Shown one piece after another: positions 62,783-64,000 of a DNA stretch of 64,000 bases (within the stretch, counting starts at the first letter, position 1; each line of letters opens with the position of its first letter). The notes under the pieces are model-generated. The model searched no databases and had not been told where the DNA came from. It worked only from the letters and a program-made list of their open reading frames with translations. The DNA comes from Ramazzottius varieornatus. Taxonomy: Eukaryota; Animalia; Tardigrada. Where the stretch lies: assembly GCA_001949185.1 (NCBI GenBank), contig BDGG01000001.1:5259624-5323623 (forward strand), given 5' to 3'. The translations under genes were made by a program, and so were the position numbers.

Positions 62783-63313
62783 TTAGGCTGCAAAGGGGTT
62801 GCTGCGGGAAGAATGTTGGATGAGTTTCGCAAGTGGTACTCCACGGGCTTTCTTGTTTGTCTTTTTCTTGCGAGAGGCTTTCTTTTTGCTCGATTTGCGA
62901 GGTTTCTTCTTCGACACTGCCTTTTTCGCGACTGACTTTCGTTTGCGTTTTGGTTTGGTGATGCCGACGACCACTGGCTTCGCCTTCTTCGCTCGACGCT
63001 TGCGTCCTGATCCGATCTGTCGTGCGATTCCCTTCAGGCCTTTGATGACGGCCTTGCTCGTGCGGTGATTAGCGCTAGCAGCAAAGTCATGGCCACCGAC
63101 CACGTCGCATATGACTGATTTTCCTATGTTAGATAGCGCTGGAATCAGTGCACTTTTGACACCTCGAGCAACGGCGCCAAATAAATTTCCGAAGAATCCG
63201 TGCCCTACTTGTGCGCCAATGCCGACGAATTTTGGTATGGAGCCGCCGGTTGGCTGTAATAGCTGAACGAAAACATGTGCAGGAATGGCAGACGATTGAA
63301 AGTTACTTTCCAT
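62783..63313 (-). CDS. Maverick basic core protein (adenovirus pVII-like)
   Basis: TGGSIPKFVG..QVGHGFFGNLFGAVAR...PALSNIGK...QIGSG followed by a very Lys/Arg-rich tail; located between the minor and major capsid genes. Confidence 0.8.
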   Translation of the reverse strand: MESNFQSSAIPAHVFVQLLQPTGGSIPKFVGIGAQVGHGFFGNLFGAVARGVKSALIPALSNIGKSVICDVVGGHDFAASANHRTSKAVIKGLKGIARQIGSGRKRRAKKAKPVVVGITKPKRKRKSVAKKAVSKKKPRKSSKKKASRKKKTNKKARGVPLAKLIQHSSRSNPFAA

Positions 63314-63315
63314 CG

Positions 63316-64000
63316 TTAGGCTCTTTTGCGAAATCTTAGTCGCACAGTTGTAATGCCGTCAGCGAAGGGAATGATCCGACCAGTACTGTCGGCCAATTCT
63401 ACAATAATTTTGTCGAATGAGTTGTTAGTGATCGGGACGAATGACCCACTTCCCTGGCACATTCGGCCCTGGGTCACGCTCTCAGCGGAAATCACAGCGA
63501 GAACTTGTACCTTTGTATTTCCCACCAGCTGAGGTCGAATCAAATTACAGTAAACATAGACTGTGTTGGTGTGGGTCGTCAGAGAAGCTTCCCGTAAGCC
63601 AAATGACTGCTCATTACCCGAAAAACGTTTCATATACGGACTGAGCTCGACCGCTATTACTGTGTCGTTCGGTGCCCGTGATACTGTTCGGTCGAGTGCA
63701 TTGTACTTGAACACTGGATCCGCAGCTGGTGACAATAGATTCAGCGCATTACACAGAGCCTCAACGTCCTGATAGTAACCTTGAGGTGTGACTTTCTGGT
63801 AACTTTTGCCATCCTTCATTCGAAACATAATGTTTCGCTCATCCCCATCTTTGGGGAAGGTGGCAATGCGTTCCGGGCATTGGATAGAGACAAGACTCAT
63901 CTCCCAGAGTTCAGATTCAGGGATAAGCACTTCCTCCGCCAAGTGGGTGGTAAAAGCAGTGGAGGTATTGTGGAAAAAATCACGGCTGGCATCGCTTGAC
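63316..64000 (-). CDS. Maverick minor capsid (penton-like) protein; 5' end beyond the window
   Basis: Frame open to the window edge: SSDASRDFFHNTSTAFTTHL...WEMSLVSIQCP, GYY, VYVYCNLIRPQLVGNTKVQVLAVI, FDKIIVELADSTGRIIPFADGITTVRLRFRK. Confidence 0.88.
   Translation of the reverse strand, partial: SSDASRDFFHNTSTAFTTHLAEEVLIPESELWEMSLVSIQCPERIATFPKDGDERNIMFRMKDGKSYQKVTPQGYYQDVEALCNALNLLSPAADPVFKYNALDRTVSRAPNDTVIAVELSPYMKRFSGNEQSFGLREASLTTHTNTVYVYCNLIRPQLVGNTKVQVLAVISAESVTQGRMCQGSGSFVPITNNSFDKIIVELADSTGRIIPFADGITTVRLRFRKRA

Overview
Eukaryotic (invertebrate-like) genomic DNA with short GT-AG introns and a sharp two-part layout. Positions ~0.3-10.0 kb hold three apparently intact, spliced host genes on the + strand: a CABIT-domain protein (5' part outside the window), a class C beta-lactamase/serine-hydrolase-family protein with signal peptide and hydrophobic C-tail, and an anoctamin/TMEM16. 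From ~11.4 kb to the end it is a nested graveyard of mobile elements. These comprise several MITEs (hAT-type with 8-bp TSD; TA-TSD types), two intron-containing pogo/DDE_1 transposons, two two-gene PIF/Harbinger elements, a CACTA/EnSpm-type transposase with a chromodomain + RFX-like winged-helix neighbour, a DIRS-type RT fragment and two non-LTR retrotransposons. The most notable component is at least five segments of Maverick/Polinton (endogenous adintovirus-like) elements: two integrases, two minor capsids, two major capsids, basic core proteins and two pPolB pieces. Interspersed with them are virus-style auxiliary remnants, several missed or broken up by the ORF track: an intronless ribonucleotide reductase R2, an intronless BIR/IAP and a divergent histone H3 fragment. 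An apparently intact spliced LRR-membrane protein gene also lies here. All protein family calls are from motif recognition by eye; no database search was run, and linkage of the cargo genes to the Mavericks is inference.
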